Below the pieces are notes generated by a model that did not search any database, had not been told where the DNA came from, and was given only the letters and a program-made list of their open reading frames with translations. Source: Bacteroidia bacterium (lineage in GTDB: Bacteria; Bacteroidota; Bacteroidia; SpSt-205). From it: a DNA stretch of 64,000 nt. The position numbers and the translations under genes were made by a program. This document shows, piece after piece, positions 1 to 9,270 of this stretch. The DNA lies in NCBI GenBank assembly GCA_025059535.1, contig JANXCX010000024.1:23425-87424 (forward strand). The letters run 5' to 3'. The stretch's first letter is position 1, and each line of letters opens with the position of its first letter.

Positions 1-2
1 TC

Positions 3-1169
3 GTTATCCTAGGGCTTGGTTTAGCTATTTCCTCTCATCCGGCTGGGGCGGAGCCTCATCACCACACGGCCCCCTGGCTCAGCCGCCTAGCTGCCAATGC
101 CCTAATTGCAAGTATGTACCTCACGGGAATCAGTATCCTTTCGCTCTTCTTTCTTGCCGTGGGCTATGCGGCTAACGCCAGCTGGTACATTATGCTCCAG
201 AGACTGCCGCAGACATTTGCCCGTTTTCTGCCTTGGGCCGCTTTGCTCTTAGCCTTGGTAATTATAGGCTTTTCTGGCATATTGTATGAATGGACCCACG
301 CCGAAGCAGTAGCTAAAGACCCTATCCTGCAACACAAGCGCTCCTACCTAAATCTTCCTTTCTTCCTGACGCGGCTGGGTATAATTTTAGGCGCCTGGTT
401 ACTTTTTTGGCGCGGCTTTGTACGGAATTGGGAGCGGCTGGACGAAACAGGCGAAATCCGAGCCTTCCATAACCTGCGTCGCCTGAGCGGAGGCTTCATC
501 GTAGTCTTTGCCCTCACGTGGTCAGTAGCGAGTTGGGATTGGCTCATGAGCACTTCCCCTCACTGGTTCAGCACGATGTTTGCGGTGTATAACTTCGCCA
601 ACCTCTGGATTACTACCCTCTGCCTGATTACCTTTGCCGCTGCTCTACTTAAGATTCACGGCTACCTCTCTGGCGTAAATGACAGCCACCTCCACGACCT
701 GGGTAAGTTTGTTTTTGCCTTCAGCATCTTTTGGACCTACATCTTCTATGGGCAGTTTATGCTGATTTGGTATGCTAATATTCCTGAAGAAACCTTCTGG
801 TTCTATGAGCGCATACGGGCCCATGTGAATCCCCAATACGTGCCGATTTTCTACCTAACCCTGGTACTCAATTTTATCTTTCCTCTACTTGGCCTCATGA
901 GTGCCAGCATCAAGCGAAATAAGCGGTGGCTCCTTTTCGTAACGGGCGTGCTTCTTTTGACCCACTGGCTGGATACTTTTATGGTTGTGATGCCTTCGGT
1001 AGCTGGTAAGCATGGGGGCTTTGGGCCGATGGAGCTGGGATTCTTCCTTCTTAGCTTAGGAGGGCTGGGCTGGTGGGCCGCGCGTCGGTTAGAACAGGCC
1101 CCCGCCCTCTTGCCACGCCATCATCCTTATCTGGAAGAAAGCGCGCTCCATAGTTACGAACCGATTTGA
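3..1169 (+). CDS. Polytopic membrane protein, 5' partial; possibly the NrfD/PsrC-family quinol-binding subunit of a quinol:cytochrome c oxidoreductase (alternative complex III, ActC/ActF-like)
   Basis: The frame is open from the window edge (VILGLGLAISSHPAGAEPHHHTAPW... precedes the first Met at 114). There are at least 8 hydrophobic helices and aromatic-rich segments such as FWTYIFYGQFMLIWYANIPEE. The family call is by resemblance only. Confidence 0.4.
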   Translation, partial: VILGLGLAISSHPAGAEPHHHTAPWLSRLAANALIASMYLTGISILSLFFLAVGYAANASWYIMLQRLPQTFARFLPWAALLLALVIIGFSGILYEWTHAEAVAKDPILQHKRSYLNLPFFLTRLGIILGAWLLFWRGFVRNWERLDETGEIRAFHNLRRLSGGFIVVFALTWSVASWDWLMSTSPHWFSTMFAVYNFANLWITTLCLITFAAALLKIHGYLSGVNDSHLHDLGKFVFAFSIFWTYIFYGQFMLIWYANIPEETFWFYERIRAHVNPQYVPIFYLTLVLNFIFPLLGLMSASIKRNKRWLLFVTGVLLLTHWLDTFMVVMPSVAGKHGGFGPMELGFFLLSLGGLGWWAARRLEQAPALLPRHHPYLEESALHSYEPI

Positions 1170-1194
1170 AAATTTATTATCTTTGCCCCGCCCT

Positions 1195-1443
1195 ATGACG
1201 ACGGAAACGGAAAAAGTGGATGCAATTGAGCTAGAAGCGCAGCTACGGTATGCCCGCCGAGTCCTCATGTTGGAGCTCAACCGCTTTAAAGTAACGGGTA
1301 AGAGCAGCCTCTCCGAAATGGAGATTCAACGCAGCTTAGACACGCTATGGTATTTGGAACGTAAGGGGCTGCGTCGACTGGACTATGCGGATTTAGCTTC
1401 GCTCCAACGCATCCTTTGCCGGCTTCCGAGCTCACAGAATTGA
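1195..1443 (+). CDS. Small helical hypothetical protein
   Basis: ORF of 86 aa (from 1183). The internal ATG at 1195 (MTTETEK...) is the likelier start. No recognisable motif. It is convergent with the RNase H-like gene. Confidence 0.3.
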   Translation: MTTETEKVDAIELEAQLRYARRVLMLELNRFKVTGKSSLSEMEIQRSLDTLWYLERKGLRRLDYADLASLQRILCRLPSSQN

Positions 1444-1447
1444 GCGT

Positions 1448-1888
1448 CTAACCCAAGCTACGCCAATCCCCTCGTGCGAGCGCATCGGCCAGCTCATTCC
1501 AATGCCAGCCGGCATGGGCTGGCACTTTTACCCACTTTATAATAATAGGTAGGCGCTGGAGGAAATTTACATACCGCTGGGTGAGAGGCGTACGGGCACG
1601 CCATCTACCTTCTGCCCAGTGCGCTAACCCCACATAGTCATAGTAAATCGTACAAGTTTCAACTTTATGCCTATAGCACCAGCGGAGGGCTTGGACGACC
1701 GCGTAAATCTCACCCCCTACTTGGCGATGGAGATGTAGCCCTGAGTCAGTTTTAGGTACAATACCGCCCTCTAAGTAGATCCCGTTCCCATCGCGCCGAA
1801 TAACTAGCCCGTACCCTATTTCCCCTTCGGCCCGATACGCTCCATCCACATCTATTTCTATGCCTTCGTTGCGATACACCCTACTCAC
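1448..1888 (-). CDS. Ribonuclease H type 1 (short RNase HI-like form)
   Basis: The DEDD catalytic pattern is present: DVDGA, GGEIYAV, YYDY, and the C-terminal motif KVPAHAGWHWNELADALAR (matching H-x-G-x-x-N-E-x-AD-x-LA). Length 146 aa. Confidence 0.7.
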   Translation of the reverse strand: MSRVYRNEGIEIDVDGAYRAEGEIGYGLVIRRDGNGIYLEGGIVPKTDSGLHLHRQVGGEIYAVVQALRWCYRHKVETCTIYYDYVGLAHWAEGRWRARTPLTQRYVNFLQRLPIIIKWVKVPAHAGWHWNELADALARGDWRSLG

Positions 1889-2697
1889 CTTTTAGGTAAG
1901 GGGGGGCGCGGCGGTTTCCTAAAAGCGGTATCCACCAATTCCTCCAGGCTCAGTAGGTCCTCATCCACCGCAGGGATATCCATAATAAGTTCGTCTAAGT
2001 TAGGCTCTTCCAGCTTGATATCCTGTTCTAAGTCTTCTTCTAAGTTGAGTTCAGCATCTAAGTCAATAGGTTCATCTTCTGCAACTACTTCCAATTGCCG
2101 CTCGGAGAGGGAGATGCCTTCTTGAAGCTCGGAGGGACCCAATACCAAAAGGTTAGTTGTATCAGGAAGGCCTGGCACAATGCAACAGGGCGATAAAATT
2201 GGGTCGTCGCTAATCTGCTCGCCTACCTCATACCCATGGGCTAATAGGACCCGAAACAAGGTATCCAGGCGGACCCTTTGGCTGTCTAACTCTATGATAA
2301 TCTGATTCTGGAGGCTGTCATACTGCACGTTGAATATCCCCTGGGCAAAAAAGGCGTGGAGGATGGAGTCTATACGCTGGATAGGACAGGTGGCACATTC
2401 GCCGACGTAGTCAAGGCGCACGCGCAGGTTGGGCTCTGAGCCGCTGCCGCAGTGGGTTAGTAGGCCTCCGAGTAGGAGTAGGCTAAGGCCGGCGGCATGA
2501 TTAGAGGCTTTTCGCTGGCGAAGTAGCTGGTACACACTCAATCCAGCTCGCCCTATGCCATATATCAGCATGAAAACAGGCAAGCCTTGAGCGGCCCAAG
2601 CAGGCAAATTCGCTACGGGTGAAACATAAAGATATACGCCCATTCCAATGATTATAAGCCCTGTGAAAAGGCCTACATAGGAGGTCCAGGGTACCAT
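1885..2697 (-). CDS. Membrane-anchored heavy-metal-associated (HMA)-fold protein with an acidic low-complexity tail
   Basis: Three N-terminal TM helices. Then VRLDYVGECATCPIQRIDSILHAFFAQGIFNVQYDSLQNQIIIELDSQRVRLDTLFRVLLAHGYEV, which fits the HMA consensus (a C-x-x-C metal site and a terminal aGYe). The C-terminus is a D/E/L-rich tail ending PPRPPLPKR. It overlaps the RNase H gene by 4 bp and lies 2 bp from the E1 gene. Confidence 0.5.
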   Translation of the reverse strand: MVPWTSYVGLFTGLIIIGMGVYLYVSPVANLPAWAAQGLPVFMLIYGIGRAGLSVYQLLRQRKASNHAAGLSLLLLGGLLTHCGSGSEPNLRVRLDYVGECATCPIQRIDSILHAFFAQGIFNVQYDSLQNQIIIELDSQRVRLDTLFRVLLAHGYEVGEQISDDPILSPCCIVPGLPDTTNLLVLGPSELQEGISLSERQLEVVAEDEPIDLDAELNLEEDLEQDIKLEEPNLDELIMDIPAVDEDLLSLEELVDTAFRKPPRPPLPKR

Positions 2698-2698
2698 T

Positions 2699-4711
2699 TT
2701 AGTAGCTTAGAAGTTTTTCAACGGCTTGGCGCAAGCGCTGCCAAGGTAAAAAGGCGGCCTCTAAGCGCGTATTGAAAGGCACGGGTGTGTCTAGAGCGCC
2801 CAGGCGAAAGACAGGGGCATCCAGCCACTCAAAAAGGTGCTCGCTTACCCAGGCCGCTATCTCAGCGCCTACCCCACCCGTATAGGTTCCCTCGTAAAGG
2901 ACAAGCACCCGATGGGTTTTTCGGACCGATTGCGCTACGGTTTCTTTATCCCAAGGCAGAAGGGTACGCAAGTCTACAACTTCAATATCCATATCCGGAA
3001 AGTTTTCGGCTAATTTGAGAGCCTCTACTACACCCATGCCGTAAGTGAGAATAGAGAGAGCCTTACCCGGACGGACTATGCGGGCTACCCCAAGAGGTAA
3101 ATTGTAGTAGGGTTCAGGTACAAGGTCTTGTACGCTACGATAGAGTGCTTTGTGCTCAAAAAATAGCACAGGATTAGGATCACGGAGGGCTGTGGTAAGA
3201 AGGCCTTTAGCCTCATAGGCGGTGGAAGGATAGACTATCTTAAGGCCTGGCACATGGAGGAAAATACCTTCTAAACTTTGTGAGTGGAAGGGGCCAGCCC
3301 CTACGCCGGCCCCTGTAGGTAGACGCACCACCACTTTAGGCGGGACACCCCAGCGGTAGTAGTTTTTGGCCAGGTTATTTACTATTTGCGTGAAGCCATA
3401 GCTTACAAAATCGGCAAACTGCATCTCTACCATACTGGAAAAACCCCGCAGCCCTAGCCCCAGGCTTATACCTAAAATGGCGGACTCACACAGGGGGGTA
3501 TTTCGGACGCGGACTTTCCCGAAGCGCTTGACTAGACCTTCGGTAACCTTGAATACCCCCCCATACTCAGCGATATCCTGGCCCATGAGGATGAGCTTGG
3601 GGTCATATTCCATGGCTTGGCTTAAGGCCTCCCTAATCGCATCCACAAAGCGCAGCGGACGCGCGGGCATCTCGGGCGTAGGCTCAACTAAGGGTTCCGT
3701 AAAAGGGGCATATACGGCGGCCTCTTCCCGGCGGGGGTCTGGCTCTGGATCGGGCTCGGCTAAAACCGGCCGAATCTCAGCCTCTATATGGGCTTTTAGG
3801 GTGCGGCGCAGCTCTTGCACCTCGGGCTCTGTTAAGTAGCCTGTGAGAAGCAAAAAGCGCTCGTAATTCTCCACAGGATCTCGTTGGGCCCAAGTTTCCA
3901 GAAGCTTTTTGGGCACGTACTTCGTGCCAGAGGCTTCCTCGTGGCCGCGCATGCGGAAGGTTATAGCCTCTATAAGATAAGGGCGCTGCTCTCGGCGCAC
4001 CTGCTCAGCTACTTGCCGGATAGTGTGATAGACCTCTAAAACATTATTGCCTTCTATAGTTTTTCCTTCTATGCCGTAACCTATAGCCCTATCCGCCAGA
4101 GTCTTACAGGCATATTGTTCGGTGGTGGGGGTAGAAAGGCCATAACCGTTATTCTCTATGAGAAATATCACGGGCACTTGCCATACGCTGGCTACATTGA
4201 GCGCTTCGTGGAAGTCGCCTTCGCTCGTGCCACCATCCCCAATAAAGGCCAGGGCTATGTAGGGCTCTCCCTCTAGCTGAGCGGCTAAAGCGACGCCTAC
4301 CGCTACGGGAAGCATGGCCCCTAAGTGCGAGATCATGCCAATCACACGGTACTCTGGCGCCCCGAAGTGGAACGAACGCTCCCGCCCCTGCGTAAAGCCG
4401 GAAGCTTTACCTTGCCACTGCGCAAAGAGCCGCCGCAAAGGCATCCCGCGCGCCGTAAAGACACCCAAGTTCCGATGAAGAGGGAAAATATAATCCTCTG
4501 GCCGAAGGGCTAAGGTAGCCCCTACGGCGATAGCCTCTTGGCCGATACCCGAGAACCATTTGCTGACTTTGCCCTGGCGCAGGAGGAGAAGCATTTTCTC
4601 CTCTATCAAACGGGCATAGAGCATCTCCGTATAAAGCCGCTTGAGCACTTCCGCTGGAAGGCCTCGCGGATCATAGGTAAAAGCAAGGTCGGATGAAAGA
4701 GTCTTCTGCAT
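2699..4711 (-). CDS. 2-oxoacid (branched-chain/pyruvate-type) dehydrogenase E1 component, fused alpha-beta subunits, TPP-dependent
   Basis: 670 aa. The N-terminal half has the E1-alpha TPP-binding region (GDGGTSEGDFHEALN, IENNGYG). The C-terminal half is E1-beta/transketolase-like (MGQDIAEYGGVFKVTEGL ..., a Pyr domain and a C-terminal domain). Confidence 0.85.
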   Translation of the reverse strand: MQKTLSSDLAFTYDPRGLPAEVLKRLYTEMLYARLIEEKMLLLLRQGKVSKWFSGIGQEAIAVGATLALRPEDYIFPLHRNLGVFTARGMPLRRLFAQWQGKASGFTQGRERSFHFGAPEYRVIGMISHLGAMLPVAVGVALAAQLEGEPYIALAFIGDGGTSEGDFHEALNVASVWQVPVIFLIENNGYGLSTPTTEQYACKTLADRAIGYGIEGKTIEGNNVLEVYHTIRQVAEQVRREQRPYLIEAITFRMRGHEEASGTKYVPKKLLETWAQRDPVENYERFLLLTGYLTEPEVQELRRTLKAHIEAEIRPVLAEPDPEPDPRREEAAVYAPFTEPLVEPTPEMPARPLRFVDAIREALSQAMEYDPKLILMGQDIAEYGGVFKVTEGLVKRFGKVRVRNTPLCESAILGISLGLGLRGFSSMVEMQFADFVSYGFTQIVNNLAKNYYRWGVPPKVVVRLPTGAGVGAGPFHSQSLEGIFLHVPGLKIVYPSTAYEAKGLLTTALRDPNPVLFFEHKALYRSVQDLVPEPYYNLPLGVARIVRPGKALSILTYGMGVVEALKLAENFPDMDIEVVDLRTLLPWDKETVAQSVRKTHRVLVLYEGTYTGGVGAEIAAWVSEHLFEWLDAPVFRLGALDTPVPFNTRLEAAFLPWQRLRQAVEKLLSY

Positions 4712-4714
4712 AGG

Positions 4715-5047
4715 CTATTTAGGTGGTTGAGGCGCAGGTGAGGACGGAGGGGGCAGATTCCCTATTACTTCAGCCGTGCGCGTCTTCAGGCCAGCGCCCT
4801 CTCGCATGGCGCTATGCACGGCATGAATAAGCAGGGTAAGCCCCACCAGGACGCCGGTAAGCGTCCAAGTGGCCTTTTCGGCGAAGTCGGCGGCATGCCG
4901 CACGCCCAAAAGCTGGGAAGCCTGCGCTACCCCCCGAATATCCGTAGCCAGTCCCCCACCCCGCCCCTGCTGTATCAGCACCAGCAAAGTCAGCAAAATC
5001 GCATCCACTACAAGAAGGAAAATAAGTAGCCCCAATAGCCAGCTCAT
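4715..5047 (-). CDS. secG: Preprotein translocase subunit SecG
   Basis: A TM helix is followed by LIQQGRGGGL, matching the SecG LLQQGKG motif, then a second TM. The ORF extends to 5083; the start is probably the internal Met (MSWLLGLL...). Confidence 0.65.
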   Translation of the reverse strand: MSWLLGLLIFLLVVDAILLTLLVLIQQGRGGGLATDIRGVAQASQLLGVRHAADFAEKATWTLTGVLVGLTLLIHAVHSAMREGAGLKTRTAEVIGNLPPPSSPAPQPPK

Positions 5048-5102
5048 CCCTAGCAAAGGTAAGATAAGAAAGGGATTGCCCATAAACTCCTATACTTGTA
5101 CT

Positions 5103-5480
5103 ATGGAGCGCCTTTACCCCAAACACCCCCCTGCTATTGGACCCTATAGCCCAGCGGTGAAGGTAGGCCCATGGGTATTCATTGCAGGTCAGATCGCCCT
5201 GAAGCCAGACGGCACTGTAGAAACAAGCTCCATAGAACAGGAGACCCAGAGAGTCCTAGAAAACCTCAAAGCCGTTTTAGACGCAGCAGGAGCTCAGCCT
5301 CATAACCTAGTAAAAGTTACTATTTTTCTCACCGATATGGCTTTCTTACCGAAGGTTAATGCCATATACCAGGCATTTTTTCCGGACAATGCCTATCCAG
5401 CTCGGGAAACCGTTGCGGTAGCTGCCCTACCGCGCGGCGCACGTATAGAAATATCTGGTATAGCCTACCTGGGTGAATGA
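5103..5480 (+). CDS. RidA/YjgF/TdcF family reactive-intermediate deaminase
   Basis: MERLYPKHPPAIGPYSPAVKVGPWVFIAGQIAL...ARETVAVAALPRGARIEI, the typical RidA signature, about 125 aa. The start is set at the internal ATG of ORF 4869..5480. Confidence 0.85.
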   Translation: MERLYPKHPPAIGPYSPAVKVGPWVFIAGQIALKPDGTVETSSIEQETQRVLENLKAVLDAAGAQPHNLVKVTIFLTDMAFLPKVNAIYQAFFPDNAYPARETVAVAALPRGARIEISGIAYLGE

Positions 5481-7132
5481 GCCTAAATCGGAGCTGGCCC
5501 ATCTATCTGTTTCTCTCGGGGGCCCTAGCGCAGGATAGCCTGGGCCAGTCTACCCTAAACGATAGCAGCTATCCCTTCATCAGATTGGCGGAGAATCGCC
5601 TGCTTTTTGCTCGGTACTTAGAGCGCTTATGGATAAAGCTTCATCAGCGGCAGGCGCCGGTCCGAATACTCCATATCACGGACCAGCTAGAAGCTGTAAG
5701 CCAAGTGCCCCACGCCGTGGCTCAAGCTTTAGCTCAGAAAGGTTTGCAGGGTAATGGGGGATTTATCTTTCCGTATGTGCTGTTTGGTTGGCGAAATGCT
5801 GGGAATTTTATTACGTTAGCTCGGGGTCCTTGGTTGGTAGGTAAGGTAGGTGAAAGGATGGGCTCTCCTTTACCTTGCACCGCCACGGGCATAGGCGGTG
5901 CCCCGCAAGACCCCACGGCTGACTGGGAAATACGTTGGCCACCCCATGCCGCAGCCCTTTCGGCAGGAAGCCAGCTCCAAATCTTCGTGCGGGCCTTAGA
6001 GCCCAATTTAGTGGCCCAGGTAGTTATAAATGATACCTTACGCTTACGCCAACCCCTTCCCAATGGTCTAGCGCTCCTTTCCTTCTCCTTGCCTTGTCCG
6101 CTCTACGCTATCAAGGGCAGCTTCCCTAACGCTTCCCCCGGCTCTATTGAACTTCATGGGGTTTTCTTGGAGGCCAAAAATGCTACCCTTCACTGGCACA
6201 CGCTGGCCGTGGAAAACTTACGCCTGCGGGACTGGTTCAGCCTACCTCTCTGGCAGGAAAGCCTGCAGCGTTTGGCTCCTGATCTCCTCATTGTGGATTT
6301 AGGCCGCCAGGACCTCTACGAAACAGCTGACCGGTCCGACTCGCTGGAAACCCTCTTGCCGCTCTACATGGAGCGCCTTCGTGAAGCCTTACCTGGCGCA
6401 GATGTGCTTTGGGTAGTACCACAGGAATTCTATTGGCGTCTAAGGCCCGTAGCTAGCCTGGAGCGGTGGCGCCTGCAGCTTATTCGCTTTGCCTATCAGA
6501 AAGGCCAAGCCGTATGGGATAGCTATACAAGCTTAGGAAGCATGCGCAACTGGCGCCTATGGGGCCTAGCAGAGGCGGATCTTTATCGCCTATCGCCTAA
6601 GGGGCTTCGGGTTAAAGCGCAAATGCTTCTAGAAGCCCTATGGCGTAGCTATGAAGGTTTTGTGGCGGACAGCCTGCCAGAGCCGGCTAGCGATTATGCT
6701 CAATTGCGCCCGGGGGAAGTTATGTTCGCGGTCAGTCTGACGCCTTCTTTAGCCTTAGTTGCGCCTCCGGCTTCCCCTTCTCTGTCCTCGCCTTCCGCTA
6801 CTACCACCGCACAGCCTTATAAGGTTCATAGGGTTCGCCCTGGGGAAACCCTTCTTCTTATTGCCCAGCGGTATGGGGTCTCTTTGCAAGTCCTCATGTC
6901 GGCGAATAATCTGGCTAATGAACGCATCTATGTTGGTCAGATGCTGCGGATTCCCTCTGTGGGGTCGGAACCTTCTCCTATGCGGAAGGCACGCTGGCAT
7001 GTAGTTCAGCCGGGGGAGTCGCTCTGGCAGATCGCTCGGAGGTATGGCACGAGTGTGGGGACGCTTTGCCAGCTTAATGGCCTTTCGTCGCGCGCCTCTT
7101 TACGCCCCGGCCAAAAGCTGCGCCTACCATAG
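5477..7132 (+). CDS. Secreted protein with an SGNH/GDSL-like hydrolase-like region and two C-terminal LysM peptidoglycan-binding domains
   Basis: Signal-like N-terminus. Two LysM repeats: YKVHRVRPGETLLLIAQRYGVSLQVLMSANNL...GQMLRIP and HVVQPGESLWQIARRYGTSVGTLCQLNGL...GQKLRLP. The middle region (LLIVDLGRQDLYE...VLWVVPQ) is esterase-like. Confidence 0.6.
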   Translation: MSLNRSWPIYLFLSGALAQDSLGQSTLNDSSYPFIRLAENRLLFARYLERLWIKLHQRQAPVRILHITDQLEAVSQVPHAVAQALAQKGLQGNGGFIFPYVLFGWRNAGNFITLARGPWLVGKVGERMGSPLPCTATGIGGAPQDPTADWEIRWPPHAAALSAGSQLQIFVRALEPNLVAQVVINDTLRLRQPLPNGLALLSFSLPCPLYAIKGSFPNASPGSIELHGVFLEAKNATLHWHTLAVENLRLRDWFSLPLWQESLQRLAPDLLIVDLGRQDLYETADRSDSLETLLPLYMERLREALPGADVLWVVPQEFYWRLRPVASLERWRLQLIRFAYQKGQAVWDSYTSLGSMRNWRLWGLAEADLYRLSPKGLRVKAQMLLEALWRSYEGFVADSLPEPASDYAQLRPGEVMFAVSLTPSLALVAPPASPSLSSPSATTTAQPYKVHRVRPGETLLLIAQRYGVSLQVLMSANNLANERIYVGQMLRIPSVGSEPSPMRKARWHVVQPGESLWQIARRYGTSVGTLCQLNGLSSRASLRPGQKLRLP

Positions 7133-7136
7133 GTCC

Positions 7137-7802
7137 TCAAGCTGGCTCACCCCATTTGCGCAAAGGCACAAATCGGAAGTAGCCTTTGGTCTCCCGATGG
7201 ATTTGGCCGTTGCGTTTGCTATACACCGTCATTTGCTGGGTGCCGTCTGGTCGGCCTATTGGTGCTACCAAGCGACCACCTTCGGCTAGTTGGTCAAATA
7301 GCCCTGGCGGCACGCTCTCGGCCGCCGCCGTAAGGAGAATGCGATCAAAGGGCGCATAGGTAGGCCAGCCCAATCGTCCATCCCCCCAACGCAAATAAAC
7401 TACATATCCTAGCCCCTCCAGGAGGGCTCGCGCCCGCTCATACAGTTCCCGCTCCAATTCCACGGAATATACCTCTGCCCCCAGCTCGCACAGAATAGCC
7501 GTCTGATAACCCGAGCCGGTACCAATTTCTAGGACGCGCTGCCGAGGCGCCACCTCTAAAAGACTGGTCTGATAGGCTACCGTGAAAGGCTGGCTAATCG
7601 TCTGTCCGCAAGCGATAGGTAAGGCTTTATCCTCATAGGCATGTTCTATAAAAGTAGGCTCTACGAAGAGATGGCGCGGCACGCGACCTATCGCCGCCAG
7701 CACAGCGGGGTCTTGTATGCCTTTCTGAATTAGACTTTCTACCAGCTGGCGACGCTGCCCCTGATAGCGCGGCGGATCCCACTCAAGCGGCAATCGCTTC
7801 AC
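7137..7802 (-). CDS. pcm: Protein-L-isoaspartate O-methyltransferase
   Basis: RQLVESLIQKGIQDPAVLAAIGRVPRHLFV, then a SAM-binding motif VLEIGTGSGYQTAIL and DRILLTAAA. The likely start is the GTG at 7802, which overlaps the TGA of the upstream gene in a GTGA arrangement. The ORF track extends it to 7928. Confidence 0.8.
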   Translation of the reverse strand: MKRLPLEWDPPRYQGQRRQLVESLIQKGIQDPAVLAAIGRVPRHLFVEPTFIEHAYEDKALPIACGQTISQPFTVAYQTSLLEVAPRQRVLEIGTGSGYQTAILCELGAEVYSVELERELYERARALLEGLGYVVYLRWGDGRLGWPTYAPFDRILLTAAAESVPPGLFDQLAEGGRLVAPIGRPDGTQQMTVYSKRNGQIHRETKGYFRFVPLRKWGEPA

Positions 7803-8542
7803 AAAGCCGAAGCCGAGAAAGAAGTAGAATGCACCGGAGAAACTGATGATCCTGGGGTCGTATAACCAAAGAAATATATCCCCACCTGTAAGGGATGGAC
7901 ATTGGCTGGTCCGCGCCCGCCACTCCACAGCGGCGATAAATTATACGAAGCAAAAAGCCCTATACTTCTATAGCCTATGCGGGCACCTAAGCCATACTGC
8001 AAAATATCCGTATGCACCACGTCGTTGCCGTATGAAATAAAGCGGGCTAGTTCCCCATTCTGCGCGTATTTGCGTTTGTGTTTGCTCCACAGTAAAAGCT
8101 CCCCAAATCCATATAGGGCAAAGTTAAAGGCCCCTTTTAGAAGACCCAACTCCACAGGCACCCGCAGGTAACCCAGCTGCAGTTTGCTTTTAGCCATTAC
8201 GGAAGAAGGCAGATTTTCTACTAAGTAGCCTAGTTTATTGTCTGGAGTACTGAAAAGTCGCACTATTTTAGCGAAGCGTACTTCACGGATGGTAAGGCCT
8301 AAACCCGCCCCCATATAAAAGGGGCCTAGGCGGAAAAAGGGGAGTGTAGCGAAGTTAACCTTGATGGAGCCTGCACCTCGTAGGGAGCCCTGTAAAGTTT
8401 CAGGAATACCTAAGAAGCGATTATACCCGATTTCAAAGTAAGTCTGCCAGCCCCAACGGGACTTTCGGACCATTTCTGGGGGCGTTTGTTGGGCCCATAA
8501 CATGGCGCCTGTGAGGCCTACCAGCGCTGGGCGAAGGCTCAT
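7799..8542 (-). CDS. Outer-membrane beta-barrel protein (porin-like, OmpA/OmpW-type barrel)
   Basis: Signal peptide MSLRPALVGLTGAMLWAQQ. Alternating hydrophobic/aromatic beta-strand pattern with Y/F/G-rich turns. Confidence 0.45.
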   Translation of the reverse strand: MSLRPALVGLTGAMLWAQQTPPEMVRKSRWGWQTYFEIGYNRFLGIPETLQGSLRGAGSIKVNFATLPFFRLGPFYMGAGLGLTIREVRFAKIVRLFSTPDNKLGYLVENLPSSVMAKSKLQLGYLRVPVELGLLKGAFNFALYGFGELLLWSKHKRKYAQNGELARFISYGNDVVHTDILQYGLGARIGYRSIGLFASYNLSPLWSGGRGPANVHPLQVGIYFFGYTTPGSSVSPVHSTSFSASAL

Positions 8543-8559
8543 TTAGCAAAAGTACAACT

Positions 8560-9219
8560 TCAGCTAGTATGGAGAGGGGAGGCTTGACGCAAGAGGGCTA
8601 TGACCTGCGCGGGGTCAGGAGCTTGGAAAATGCTGGAGCCCGCTACAAGCACATCGGCTTCCTGTAAAAGCGGGGCTATTTGGGGGCTGACACCGCCATC
8701 CACTTCTATAAGCACTGGGGCGCGCAGCTCAGCACGCAGGGCACTGAGGCGCTGGAGCTTCTGAGGGATGTGCGGTAAAAAGGCTTGCCCGCCAAAACCC
8801 GGATTTACGCTCATAACGCATACTAGATCCACGAAAGGCAAGATATCTCGGAGTACTTCTACAGGGGTGGCCGGATTAAGGGCGATGCCAGCGCGTTTGC
8901 CCAGCTGGTGGATGCGGCGTACCACCCTATCCGCATGCGGCGCAGCCTCCCAATGAAAGGTAATAATATCGGCCCCAGCCTCTGCAAAGGCCTCAATATA
9001 ACGCTCAGGCTCTATAATCATAAGATGTACATCTAATGGAAGGCGGCTATAGCGGCGAATCGCCGCTACTACGGGCAAGCCAAAAGAAATATTAGGTACG
9101 AAGTGGCCGTCCATAATATCGCAATGGAGCCAATCGGCCCCAGCGGCTTCCACCGCTTGGATTTGCGCCGCCAGGTGGCCAAAGTCTGCCGCCAAAAGCG
9201 AAGGCGCTACCCGCCGCAT
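8560..9219 (-). CDS. rpe: Ribulose-phosphate 3-epimerase
   Basis: LHCDIMDGHFVPNISFG, VHLMI, MSVNPGFGGQ and VDGGV are the canonical Rpe motifs. Confidence 0.9.
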   Translation of the reverse strand: MRRVAPSLLAADFGHLAAQIQAVEAAGADWLHCDIMDGHFVPNISFGLPVVAAIRRYSRLPLDVHLMIIEPERYIEAFAEAGADIITFHWEAAPHADRVVRRIHQLGKRAGIALNPATPVEVLRDILPFVDLVCVMSVNPGFGGQAFLPHIPQKLQRLSALRAELRAPVLIEVDGGVSPQIAPLLQEADVLVAGSSIFQAPDPAQVIALLRQASPLHTS

Positions 9220-9255
9220 ACGGCCAAATTTCGCCTATTTGCTTGGGTATTTTGC

Positions 9256-9263
9256 TAATTTTG
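9256..9263 (+). promoter_or_regulatory. Bacteroidota-type -7 element (TAATTTTG, matching TAnnTTTG) upstream of the usp gene
   Basis: The motif matches the σA -7 consensus of Bacteroidetes and lies 8 nt before the ATG at 9271, in a 51-bp divergent region shared with rpe. Confidence 0.3.
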
Positions 9264-9270
9264 CCCTGAA

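Noticed and set aside
3477-3839. Many 60-140-aa ORFs lying antisense to or out of frame within long genes (for example 2785..3018, 3477..3839, 17044..17439, 20435..20755, 28012..28707, 36676..37233, 45363..45686)
   Set aside because: They overlap strongly supported genes and have the Arg/Pro/Ser-rich, low-complexity composition typical of off-frame translation of high-GC DNA. No independent signals support them.
7799-7802. GTGA start/stop overlap between the porin-like gene and pcm as a possible programmed recoding site
   Set aside because: Four-base start/stop overlaps are ordinary translational coupling in compact operons.
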